Shown here in pieces: positions 1 through 13,200 of a stretch of 64,000 nt of DNA. The position numbers and the translations under genes are program-made. The notes under the pieces are model-generated. The model saw nothing but the letters and a program-made list of their open reading frames with translations, was not told where the DNA came from and did no database searches. Position 1 is the first letter of the stretch, and every line of letters starts with the position of its first letter. Location: NCBI GenBank assembly GCA_964188305.1, contig OZ076885.1, one strand, 5' to 3'. Origin of the DNA: Podarcis bocagei. Taxonomy: Eukaryota.

Positions 1-2044
1 CTGAAAGACTTAGGATGCAAAGAACACTTGTTCAGGGTGTTTTTCCGTGAGGAAGGATCTTTGCCCCAACCCACCAAGGTTATTTGCTTGTTAGAATGGG
101 TTTTGTGCTTGGATTGCCAATCTTGGGTACAGAATCAGTGGAGTTCATCCCTGAGCAATATCAGGACAATGGGCTCTTATAATGCCTTGAATTCCTGTTG
201 TATGGTGAGTGTGATTGCAGTCTTTGCCTGGACTGTGAAACTGGCCCTAAAAGAGGGAGATACCATTTACCTACCCAGTTCAAATTGGATTACTTGTGTT
301 CCTACCAAATACATCTACAGAGCCAATAATAATGTATTTTAATTTTTTTTGCATCTTCCCAGTTACCTTTCCTTGCAAATCAGTTTATTTTGTTTTGTTG
401 GTCTGTGCTGTCTCTCTTCAGTATACATCTGTACACAGTGCAGACCCCCCCTCCAGACTGTTTTCAGCACCAGTGTGCATAGCACGGTCTGTATAGTTGG
501 ATTAAAAACTAGCTGTCAAGGTGTCCCATGGGGAAAAGGCACCTTGCTTTTTCAAAGTACTGTGTGCCTGTACTCTCCAACGTCTACTCCAGAGGGCAGC
601 CCATTGTTGTCCTGATATTACATGCACTTGCAGAGAAAATGGGAGATCATCCAAACACCATACCAAATCAAAATTGAAATGTCATGAACCAAGCAGAAAG
701 GAACACTTTGTTCATCCTTCTGCGGCTTTAAAATTTGCTACCCAGTGTATATTTAGCCTAGCACATGCCCCTAGGGATAAAGTGGGTGAACAGAGAATGT
801 GGGATCGAACGCCACAGTTGGCACAATCTATTATTTCTGTGCGGCTCCCATTCAGTTCAGCGGCTCTTGCACTGAGGAACTTGGCAGTAGATTGTGCTCA
901 GTAATGGTCGTCTAAATAACCACCAGTAGAATTCAGAGTTGTACAATAAAGTTTCCTCTCTACCACAGAGTACTGCAAGAAAATGTTTTTGCTTCTGTTT
1001 TTTAATGGTTAGATTATTGTACGTTGCCTGTCTTTGAGCTACAAAGGTTGTACTGCTTTTTTCTGGACCATATCTATATTTGGAGCAGGTAGGGCTTTGT
1101 TGGTCAGCTTTGAGTCTCATGCTACACCTATCAAAGTCTCTGTACTGCTAGTGCAAATCAGTCGCAGACAACAAGCCTGGCTAACACAAAATCTTTGGGA
1201 AATAATTTTTAAAAATCATCATTGTGTTTCTATATTACAGGTTCAAGTGTATGGTATTTGTTTATATAAAAATTAAACATATTCAAAAGCAATTTGGTGA
1301 CAGTTCTGGCATCTTTGGGTCCTGGTGGAAACTAGAAAAGAAGCCAGAGGATTAAAAACTGGTGTGCTTAGTCTAGACCCCCGTTTACCTCTGACTTGCC
1401 GTCAATAAGGAAAATTGCAACTTTTGCTTCCAAGAATGAAAACAAGTAATTTGCTATAAAGGAAAGTTGAAACATCTGTATACCTACTCTCCTGTTCAAT
1501 GGCTTGAACAAGGAGTTGGCTCAGGAAATCAACACAGGCACAGCCTTGTAAGTAAAATTATTGTACCCTCTTCAGTTGACTTTCTGTAGCCTAATCCCTC
1601 CCCTCAGTGATGGGATAGAAATTTTATAAAGCAGCCCAGGAAGGAATAGAGCACTTCTGAAACGTGAAAAGCTTTAGCCCATGGGCTGCATACCCATAAG
1701 CAGGTTTTTCTGCTCAATTATTATTATTATTTGGTCATCTGTTACTAATAATTGACAGAACTCACTGTTGTGAAAGTTTACATCTGCTTGCACAACAGGA
1801 CTTCCACCTTGTTTTCCTCGCCTCTGCAGCCCCTATGGTTCCTAAAATTGTGGGAAGACTGCAGGGGGAAGGAGAGGAAGATGGAGTTCCACTATGCAAG
1901 TTCATTCCACCCGTGCACGGACTGTTACAAACAATCCAAGGAATTTGAAAAAAATAAAAAATGGGAAAGAATTCTACGAAAAAAATGTCTTGTGAGCCTG
2001 TGAGTGAGGTACTGAAACAAAGAAAAACAATTTCAATCCAATAA

Positions 2045-2050
2045 TTTATT
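2045..2050 (-). terminator. Candidate distal polyadenylation signal
   Basis: AATAAA followed by U-rich ttgtttttctttgtttc on the minus strand. Confidence 0.3.
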
Positions 2051-4361
2051 AAACTTCCATCTTGTAAAGCCAGTTACAAATTAAACAAACAAAAAGAGCA
2101 GAAGGATATCTGCAATAGAATTAATGGAAGTTATACTTCTAATTGGGTTTAAGCTGCCTGCAGCAACCCATGAGCCAGGACAGAGCAGTAGTTCAGGGCT
2201 AAGGACTGGGGAGCAGGAAGGTGTACTAAGAAGGTTCTAGTATGTATCAGACCAAACAGGGAATATCAAGTTCACTAGTCATCTTTGTTCCACTCTGAAA
2301 CCTGGTGAGGGCCAAAACAAAGAGGTAAGAACTCTTAATGTGACTCAGTCTGGTGTCTTAAGGCAATGTTTCTCTTTCAAAACTACAGAATGGTGAGACA
2401 GTCTGTCCAGCCTTGCTGATGTAACTACATAACATGCACAGGATATTTGGGTGGGCATCTTACAGGAGAAAAGAGGTGGCTGCTAAACCCTGAACTGTGG
2501 CTTTTGTGTTTTCGCTTCAATAAAAAAGAAAGCAATTATAATTACATCACTGGATGGCTTCTTCAGACAGGTGTGACTTACTTTATTTGCATTCCCAGGG
2601 ACAAAGGGATGGGAGTGTGGAAACAAGATCCCTGATTGGATAATCCTTTGTAGAGGAAAAGTTCCAGATTCTTTGGGTTTTACTGAGTGGGCTGGACAAG
2701 AGATTTGAAATTCAACCTTGGTAGGTCAGAGCAGATTGGCAGCTTGATTTGCCTAGCTGAAAAAGGAAGTGGAAAACCCCAAAATAGCCTGGAATAGGGA
2801 AAAATGCTGCCTTTGTGCTTAGACAGGAAGGCATAGTTGAATATAATTCCCCTCAAATTATACAAACGTAGAAATGGATAGTAGACAAAGAATTTAGGAT
2901 CCTGAGAATCTTGGCTGTATTTTTCTTTTTAAAAAATTAAGTCCCTAGCCCCATAGGCTATGAAAAGATGCTTACAAATACCTGGGTAATGGCCAGAGAT
3001 GTCTCAGAAGGCAGGAGGTGGGCTGAGTAAGATTTGAACTCTTTGGGGACTGGACTTCAATACTTTATCCACCTCTTTACCCCTTTCCTACTGCTTGCAG
3101 AAGCAGGATAAAGAGACATATTTTGCATTAACTGCCTTTCATCTGTCATCAGCCAACCCACTGCAAGCTAGTAACTTTGGAGGGCTTATGTACATGGCTT
3201 TTCTAAGCAACCACAATGGACCAATGTGGCACTTAGCCTAGTGGAAACTTGTTGGTCTCCAGGTGTATGAACCCTTCCATAAGCTCCAGCTAGAACAGCC
3301 CATGGACAGGGATGAAGGAAAGTGTATCCCAGGAATATCTGGAGGGCCACAGATTCCCCATCCCTGCCCTAGGGCTTCAGCAGCTTACAGGATAAACCCA
3401 TTCTTCCCAAGTTGGCATGCTGGAGGGCTTCAGGAGAGAATGGAGCAAGTCCTCAGACAGGTGGGGATTCAGAGATGTACAGCCAACTCATCTGACTCCT
3501 TCCCGTGCCCCGTTCCTTCCCTACCTCATCAAGCACAGATGATTCCTTCAGCCTTCTGTGTTCTCAATTACCTTGACTCTAGTTGGTTTTTCTCTCTGCC
3601 GCCTTTGCAGCCAGCTCCCTCCTCAAAATCCATTCATTTAGTCTGTTTTACTATCTGTAGCCTCCCAAGGCTTTGTGTGGCATAAAAACTAGCCTATAGA
3701 AAAGGATAAGGAATAAAAGCAGCCCAAACTCCAGGAAGGAAGGAAGGGAAAGCAGCATCAAAGTGATTAGGGAAAAGGGACTGTTCTCCTTGCAACTGGA
3801 TACATGTAGCTCTATCCACAAATCTCACCCCCTGGACTCATAAGAGAAATGGGTTTTTTATACTACCAAGTGGCAAACTCTCCAAACATGCACTATGAGA
3901 AATAGCTCCTCTCCAAAGGGCTTGGAAGAACAGCACCGAAAGAAATATGTGTCGTTTTACACACAGCTGGTGGTTTCCATAAGCATCCTGCTTCGGGAGT
4001 CACAAGCCTCTGTGAGGATCTCCGCTAACAACAAACAGAGTGGTGGGCTTTTAACAATTGTAGATTTGAAAACTCTGTGATTTGGAAGTAATTAAACCTT
4101 AAACCTCTGGGGATGGTAATACTGATAACACAACACAACCCGCCACCCGCCTCCCACGCAGCAGAGAGGCTCACAATACTATATTCAGTAGTAGTAGCTC
4201 ATCCCTGAGCGAACATCAGCCCCCCAAGGGTTAGTTTAGTCTTTACCATTGGAGAGCTTGGCAGCCAAATTAACTGGAGCCTCTATCTCTTGCGCACACG
4301 GGAATCTTGCTTGGTGCATCACAGCACAACATTAAGACTCCCCACCCACCCACCTGCTGCT

Positions 4362-4367
4362 TTTATT
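4362..4367 (-). terminator. Proximal polyadenylation signal (AATAAA)
   Basis: AATAAA about 350 nt after the stop, followed by GU-rich sequence (gtgggtgggtgggg...tgttgtgctgtg). Confidence 0.5.
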
Positions 4368-4713
4368 GCACAAAATTTCCACGCCTCAATCTCTTCAAGA
4401 AAGGTAGCCACATTTGCTTCTGGTGGTCTCACTTTGCATCTGCAATAAGGTCTTTACTCCAAGAGAGGCCAGAGGGAGCCTGGCCTCCAGCTGCCTTGAG
4501 TAGCTAGCCAGAGTAGTCGGGGTTGTGGTTTTGGTTAGAGAGCAAGCCCTGCAGCTGTGGGTGCTCAGCATCAGTCCCTTTTTCCTTCTCTCAAAGCAAA
4601 GGAAAAAAGGGAGATGTTTTTTCCTTCTTACAAAAAAGGATTTTTGCTACAAATCTGGCTGGAACACAGTGTGTATCTTTCCTCAAGGGCTCAGTGCAGC
4701 GCCACAGGCCTCA

Positions 4714-4827
4714 TCACCTCGTCCAGATACTCGCACGACTGTCCAGGCTGGTGGCCGATTTGATGCTACAACATTTCTTCACAATCATGTTGATGTAGGC
4801 TTTCATGATTTTAATGATCTCTCCCAC
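4714..4827 (-). CDS. exon 41, terminal coding exon ([20 protein letters not shown]...SIWTR*)
   Basis: 114 nt including TGA; a second in-frame TGA follows. Confidence 0.92.
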   Translation of the reverse strand: MGEIIKIMKAYINMIVKKCCSIKSATSLDSRASIWTR

Positions 4828-7800
4828 CTAATAAGATAAGAGGGGACGGTCAGGATCACTTCACGCACTGAGCAGTTATATAGCAGCAATTTCTGATGGT
4901 GGCCAGAAGCCAATGGAATATAACTGGAATGGGGACTTGCAAAGGGTCTTCTGTATCCCCATTCTTTCTCCCAACCCCTACTGCTACTATCACTTTGGGA
5001 AACGCAAGAAAGAAGCCTGCATTTCTTTGGCTGTGAACATGTTCCGCTTGCACGTGGGGTTTAAATTCTGCTCAAGGAACAAGCACAGGCAGCCCAAAAA
5101 ATCTGTCAAACGCAGGCTTCTTCCTTGCTCCCTGCACCCTCCTTTGCTCAGGGAACGGGAGGGAGATAGAAATGCTTTGCCAGCTTTGTGACTGGTGATT
5201 TCCTAAGCCCCACCCACCTGTCAAATCTGACCCATGTGGCCAAACTACAACATACTTTAAAAAGGAAGCCTTTTGGCTTATGCTTTTTGCCCACCCAATC
5301 CTGCCTCAGCACAAAAATCCTTGTGGTCACCCACAAAACAGGCTAACTTAGTGTTCCATGAAGCATACCTGGGGGGTTTCAAAGTACATCTCTCTCTCAT
5401 CCACTGTCAGCTTGAAGGTATTGGGCTGGGGAGCCCCAAAGAAGACAATGTGCTCATACTGGAACGTTTCTAGGGGTTTGGGGTCTCCCCGTTTGTACAC
5501 CGACACATTCTCTGTGCTGACACTAAGCCAGAGGTCGTTGGGAAAGCCACCTTCCTTACACTGCAGAAAAGAAACAAGAAGAGTTAGCAAAGGGAAGGTG
5601 TTGCTTGGGGGGAAAAGCATGCAAGTGGACGACTGAACCGAAAACTGAAAACCCCTGGTCAAAAAACAATTCTCTCCCCCCCCCCCAATCCAATGAAACC
5701 CCGGAGTAATTAGTAAAGATTCCCACCTCCAAAGCAAATAATTAAAAAATGGTGTCAAAGTAAGACCCTAAATATTTGATTTATTTGTTTCAATTTTCAC
5801 TTCATTCTTTAATGGGATCTGCCAAATCTTAGCTCAACCATGAACAGGCTGGGTAGCCAATATTTATTTATTGTGTTTACATCCTCCATTCCAGACATTT
5901 CAGGTCTGACTACTCTGTTCTCCTGCTTCCCTGTTTTATTCTCCAAACAATGCTGTGACTGAGCCAGGATTTGAACCTGGGTGTCCTCCCTCCTAGCCCA
6001 ATGCTCTTAGCTACACCCACATTGGCTCTTCAGCAATTCGCCAATTAGCTTGCACCTCAATTCCCTCCCCCACAATCCTCAATCTGTAATAGTGGGGGTA
6101 ATAAAGTGCAACTGAGATAATAAACATAATCCTCCTGTAGCATCTTTCAAAAGAAGAAGGCTTAATACTGAGGCTTCTTGTGTGTCTCTCACCTCCACAT
6201 CAAAGACAGTGGAGCCATAGCCCGACCATTCCTTCATGATGTTCATGTAGGCCACCATGGCTTGCTGCTGGAGCAGCCCCTGCAGTTTGCACCACTTTTC
6301 TGTTATGCTGGCCCGAGCTGCCGACAGCTCCTCTTTCACCCACATCTCCATCATCTGCTCCTCTTCCACCTTTTGCTTCTTCACTGAGCCCGCCTTAAAG
6401 CTACGCTTCAGAGTGCCCTCCAGGAAGCTGGTCCGCCTTTTCTCCAGGGCATGGCTGCTGGGACCGCTACTCTTCATGGACTGCAGGATTTTTGACTTCA
6501 GCCTCTTCACTGGATAGATGTTGTCCAGGGACCAGGAGATTTTGGAAATATCCCCATAGAGGTACTGCAGCCTCAGAGCAGCCAAGTGCTGCAGTGTCTC
6601 CTCTGGGCCAGGGAAATGGCCGTCAATGAGACTTTCATGAGCCTGTGAATGGCAGAAGGAGCAATTTTAGTCGTGGGTCTATAAATGTTGTTACTTGCTA
6701 TTTTGTTGTTCTTTGAAACTTTGGAATTTTAATACTGTACATTGGTATGTTGTAACCAACCTTGGGAGGTAGAAACACTAAAAAGCAGGCAAATAACTAG
6801 CTAACTAAAATATGTTTTTTCCCAAAGGCTGTTTGCTTCAAGAGACCATCCCAATGCCTATGCTTACCCCTTTGGAGTTATAATTAAGTTATGTATATTG
6901 CCTTAGAAGTCAAGATGAACAGCTCAGTGTCCTAATAGCAATGGGCTGTTGCAGGCAAATTCTCCACAACCCTGGCTTGACCCAGCCACCCACCTGCTTA
7001 TTCTCTCCCATGCGAAGACTTACCTGCTCAAACATGAAAGCAAATTCCACCCCTTCCTTGGGAACGTTTTCAACATCCAAGAAGCAATACAGTTTAAAGT
7101 AGAGCTGCCAGTGCCCATCCTCATCCTCCTCTTCCACAGACCCAGCAAGTCTAAAAGATGAGGAAGAAGCTGGTTACCATCTGGTTCGTTGGTTAAGAAG
7201 AGCTGGTCTACACGTAGCATCTGTCTCTGAAAACAGCATCTCCGTAGCAACCTGCCATAAGGACTAGCAACGTGGCAGAAGGCCTTCTTGTTTAGAAAGT
7301 ATCAGATTCCCCCAATGCTAAACAGCATTCACTATTCCTGTGAAACACCTACCTCTCAAACTTGGCCAAAACATCAGCTACAATCACCCGACTCTCAATG
7401 GCCTTGTCCACATGCTTGTTGCGTTCAAAAAGGGCAAACATGTTCCGACTATCTTCCATGGCCAACCCCCGGATCAGCTTCTCTACCACCTACAAAGGGA
7501 GGAGAGAGACCACATCACTCCACAAAGGATTTGGTTGCACAAGGAACCTCTCAGACAGATGCAAACAGGTTGGACTAAGAGAGAGAGAGATATATTCCCT
7601 CCACTTCCGCTAGTAGAGGCCATCTGAAGCAAGCTGAATGCCCCTTCTTCCCTGGACAACTTTGCCTTGAAAATTCTGCCTTCGTTCTTACCTCTCCAGC
7701 GCTGGTATGAGAATTGATGGTAATTTGACAGGAACCTCCTCCGTGGCAGTAGACAGTGGTGGTCATTTCCTCCCGGGTGATGAGGGCCTGTATTTCCTCC

Positions 7801-10185
7801 TGGGAGGGGACAAACTCCCTGCTCTTGGTTCTTTTCAGTGAATCAGTGATGAACTGAGAATACCGATCTATTTCAGTGCCTGGGAAGAGATCTTTTACTC
7901 TGGTTGAGGGAGGGTGAGGAAAGAGAAGAGGTAAATAACATATTGCCATTCTGTCATGAAACAAACTTTGATCTAGAACTGTGTCATTTGTATAGCGAGG
8001 CCCAGCCTACTCAAGAGGCTATGGGCTACCTACGGCCTATGAAGATGTTGCATCACTTAATATAAGCAAATTTCATTCATTTGGACAGAGGTTATTTACT
8101 ATTTTCTGCCTCTGAGACCAATATTTACACCTTTGTCTAAAAATATCAGGACCAGCTTGGCACTGCTGCTTAGTAGAAAGCAGGTATGAGGGACAGTAGT
8201 ACAGGAAGCACTGGAGTTTTCACAAAGCAAGGCGGAGGTAAATTGGGGGTGGGTGGCCTCTGCAATGATCTCTAAGGATGCAAGTATTAGGCAAAGGGCC
8301 TCCTGTTTTGCATGCAGAAGGTTCCTGGTTCCATCTCCAGCTAGGACTGAATCCTGGAGAGCTGTTGCTCTTCAGTGGAGATAATACTGAGCTAGTCGGA
8401 CTGATGGGCTGACTCAATATGAAGCAGCCTTCCCATGTTTCTATATGTCTGCAGTGACTGGTGCTATGTAATGTATTCCTCAGTGCTCTGGAGTCAGTGA
8501 GCTAGCTACAATTGCAGAGAAATTCCTCCAGGATGGTTCTTACCTTCTGAGGTGGAACTTGAGGTAACGGAGGATTCCTCTGCTGGGCAGGAAGGTGCAG
8601 CTCATGCAGGTCATCAGCTGCCAGTGGTGAAGGTTCCCCGGTCTGTTGGGCTGTGGCACGTGGTTTGTCTGCTTGATCAGCTGACAGTACACCTCGTCCC
8701 GGAGGGGCCTGAGATCATGGCAGGTCTGCAGAATGCCCTGGATAATGGGGATGGGGTCAGAGACTGTCTCGATCTCCTGAAGGGAGTTAAAGATCTTCAT
8801 TGCTTCGTCCTGGAGGCTGCTGTAGCCTTTCTCTTGCTGCACTGCAGTGGGAGGCGGCGGCACAAACAACAAGGCAGGGAGAAGGCAGTCAGTATGTCCT
8901 CCAACTACGGACTGGCCAGCTGGTAGTTCATCACTCCAAGAAACAGGTTTGCTCATGCCCACAACCCAGAGGAGAAAGGGAACTCCTCTGACAATTATCA
9001 GTACTCAAAGGTCACTTGAGAGACAATCCAATTCCCCCCATTAGAAACGGTTACTTGATAGGGCTATGATTCTGCTCCTTTTTTAATGCACAATTCTTTG
9101 CATATCAGCTAGTGAAATCCATTCCACTGGGTAAGTTCACAGCATCTTCCCACTTCTACAGTATTTTTTTATGCATCAGAGTTCGGCCAGAGTCAACACA
9201 ATAACTCTGATTTATCGTGTAATTCTATGCATGTTTATTAGGATGTAAGGCCCACTGAGACTTACTTCTGAGTCAATGTACACAGAATTCTAGTGCACAC
9301 TCAGCTAAGAAGTAAGTTGCACTGAAGTTGAACCTACTTTTGAGGAAACATGTACAGTGGTACCTCGAGTTACATACGCTTCAGGTTACACACTCCACTA
9401 AGCTAGAAATAGAGCTTCAGGTTAAGAACTTTGCTTCAGGATAAGAACAGAAATCGGGCTCCGGCAGCGTGGCAGCAGCAGGAGGCCCCATTAGCTAAAG
9501 TGGGGCTTCAGGTTAAGTACGGACCTCTGGAACGAATAAAGTACTTAACCCAAGGTACCACTGTGTACTGGGTTACACTGTAAAGCTGGATGACCTTCAT
9601 CCCGGCAAGATTCTGCCTCAGTCCCATCCTCTCAAAAATTATTCCTTTTGAACCCTTGACATAGCATCCTCGAAAGCTACCAAGTCACTCACAGTTGACC
9701 CCAACGTCCCCATATGGCAGTGGTAGAAGCGGTGAGTGCAAGGGGTGCTGGGTGTATCTCAGGATAGGATTCCTCCGGTAGGTCTGTTCTACCACTTCAG
9801 GGTTCATGCTGTTCTCCTGAAAGGAAGGGGTGGGCAAGTAGAGGTTACCTTTACAGGGCTTCTCTCTTTCCCTCCAAATATCTAATTGCACTATTAAATG
9901 GAAGTGCTCCCAGTCCATTACAGAAGAGATAAAACAACAGTTAAAGGCCATGTAAAGTAAAAATGGCAATTTGGTCAGCAACAGGGGAAACCGCCAAAGC
10001 AAGTCCATAGAAGGATTTGGAGATCACTTTATATCACAAAGTATCCAGAGTATGTCAGGCCAACAACAGCCCTCTCATCAAAAGGAATTCTGAATATTTA
10101 GAAACACACCATGTTCTGACAGATTCATATTATTGCTTTTAGTTGCTGAATAAAATGTGCATCTACACCCTTCTGCCTATTTTAA

Positions 10186-10223
<38 letters not shown>

Positions 10224-13200
10224 GGAAACTAACCAAGTGTATATGTATTTCCATCTGTCTACCTGAAAAATGGGGGCCAAACGGCAAACTTCAGAGAGAA
10301 AATTACAAGCTCAGTGGAGGGATCCCTATGATATAAACACATGAAGCTGCCTTCTGTACAGTCAAACTACTGGTTCAGCCAATGTTCTTTATTCTGACCG
10401 GCAGCCGCCCTCCAAGGTCTGAGAGGTTTTCCTCAGCCCTGATACTGGATATCCTTCTTTCATGGGAGATGTCGGGTATTGTACCAGCGACCTTCTGTAT
10501 GCAAACACTGTGATCCGCCACTGAGCTATGACTCTCCCATAAAAATGTACAGCCTTTGGATTATCCTGCACGTATGAATGCGCCTTAATACACTATTCCC
10601 GCTGAAAGAGGGATTCTATCAGAGTCCTTTGTAGAATTCAGACCTACTACTTAAGAATTAATAGACCCTGTCCTTTGCATATGTTACATTCTTGCTTTTG
10701 ATTATTCCAACATGTGTGCAGAGAGAAATTGTATACCTAGAAGAGGGGCAGGAAGAAAGGGAAAGTGCCAAGGGACATCTCAGCTTCTGAACTGAGTAGA
10801 ATGATGCAAATAATGGGAGGGAATCTCAAATACCTGGGTATTTACACAGACATGAGCAAATCCTAAAAGGCTGTATATGAAGAGAGCAAGGAAAGCTCAT
10901 TTGCCTTAATATCTTAAACCTGTGAGTATAAGGAGATCCTAGTAATCTGGATATAGAGTTATAAAAAGGTAAAGGACCCCTTTACTCTGGGGTTGCAGCA
11001 CTCATCTCGCTTTACTGGCTGAGGGAGCCGACGTTTGTCCACAGACAGTTTTTCCGGGTCATGTGGCCAGCATGACTAAGCTGCTTCTGGAGAAACCAGA
11101 GCAGCGCACGGAAACGCTGTTTACCTTTCCGACGGAGCGGCACCTATTTATCTACTTGCACTTTGACGTGCTTTTGAACTGCTAGGTGGGCAGGAGCAGG
11201 GACTGAGCAACATGAGCTCACCCCGTCATGGGGATTCGAACCGCCATCCTTCCGATCAGCAAGCCCAAGAGGCTCAGTGGTTTAGACCACACCGCCACCC
11301 GCGTCCCTCATACTCATGTGCAATTAAGAGTTAGAGGCACTTACTCTAATGTCCCGAATCAGCTGCTGCGTGGGTGTTTCAATGGGAACCTTGCTGTCAA
11401 TGACTCCTTGGATGGCAGAGACCCAGCGCATGGCTTCATTCAACAGCTTTGTGTAGAGCCGATACGAGTGCTTTCTGCCATGCACAGTGATGTTCCAGTA
11501 GCCTGAAGGCACAAACAGAAACAGGCAACTACTGCCCAATCTTGGAGTAATTGAGATGGCAAATTATACAGCGAGAGAGAAAAGTGTGAGCTTGCAGAGG
11601 CCAGATCCTGGTGGCAATGTTGACTGCGCTCTATCAGCTGCTCATGACATGATTCAGTTGCCGTGTGATCTAAACTGGCCAATGGCACCCAAAGGGGTCT
11701 ACAGAAAGCCCGATATTCCTTTGTGCACTTGATTGGCTTGGCCCATGGAGCACCAACTTAACCCCACAGGACTCACTCTGTGCCATCATTCCCATGACAC
11801 AAATGCTATTTCACTCCAAAGAAACCAGCAAATTAAATGTTATGGTTTATAGGATGAACAGAGTCAGTCCAGAAATTCTCTTCGGGCCTTAGCAACTATG
11901 AATGCAGAACAGACACAGGCATATGAACATGTGATCTGCATCATACAAAGTCCAGCCATGGTCCCATCTATCCCAATACTAGCAGCTGGTCTCTCAGGCA
12001 GATTCTCCCAAGCACTGATGCTGGATCCTTTGAAATGAGGATTGAAGCTGGGACTCTCTACACGCAAAATACAGACCCTCCCCAGTCTGCCAGGACTGTG
12101 TCCTATTACAAATGACCAAAATGATATTCCACACATTTATAGCTCTGCACAAAATGGTAAAGAATGGCAACGAACACTCAGAGAAGGACACAGTGGCACA
12201 CAAAGAACACCTTTCCCCCTTCCTTACCTGTTTCTTTGAAGACCCTTTCGTCAGGCTGGACCACTGAGCAGAGGCTGTTCAGCACCAGTGTCCCGAGCTT
12301 GGTGGCTGTGCGCTCAGACGATTTGTAGTAATCAAGGGCAGTGTTGGTCAGCACAAACCAGCGTTTCTTCACCTTCAGGGAAGAGGTCTTGCTACTGCTC
12401 TGGACCTCCTTATGAAGCCAGCCTGATGGGAAAGAGGGACAACAGGGCCCAATGGAATGGAAATTCAAGAAATAAGAGTTTGCTCTCCTGCTAACGGGAT
12501 GCTGCTGGAGACTTTCAAATTCCTGTTCCTTTCTTTTAAAGAACAGAGGAAGGAGGAGGCACAATTCAGTCTAAACCTTCATCTCCCCCAGCTGACTTCC
12601 TGACTTCACTATCAGAGCATGCATTGCAAAGAAAGAAAGAAAGAAAGAAAGAAAGAGAGTTTAGGTAACACTTCAACCACCCAAAGAGCTTTTAATGAAC
12701 CATGTTTGGCGTTTGTGTTTGGAGGGAAGTGAGGGGGCGGGAGGAGACTGCTTGGGGTACAGAATGTTAAGGCAAGTGGGAGAGGGCAGCTGAAGCATGT
12801 GCTGAATGATGGTTGGGGTGGTGGGTGAGAATTTTGACAGTTGAGAGAGCGATGACAGGATCAGCATTTAATTACTGGGATGAATCACAGTCACCTCAAA
12901 CTTCAGTCTGTTTACATTGTTCCTCAGATTAAATACTCTGCTGCTAACCCTGGGTATCTTGTCAGTGAAACCCACACTTAAAGGGTGTGAATACATACCT
13001 CAGTTCTTAACACTTATACACTGCTGTCAGAACATTAAGACTATGGTGGCTTCATCTTAGTAAATCCTTACAAGCATCCTGCAATGCCAATATGAACAGG
13101 TGGGGTTGAGGCAAAGAAAGCAGCAAACTTGCCCATGGCCACCTAGAGAATTCCTGGATGAGGGGAGATTTGAACTGGAGGCTTTCTCACCACTGCATGT

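Noticed and set aside
3957-4024. Minus-strand acceptor-like site followed by EILTEACDSRSRMLMETTSCV*, ending in a PDZ-like motif
   Set aside because: Needs a phase-1 donor that I could not find convincingly, and it lies past the proximal polyA signal
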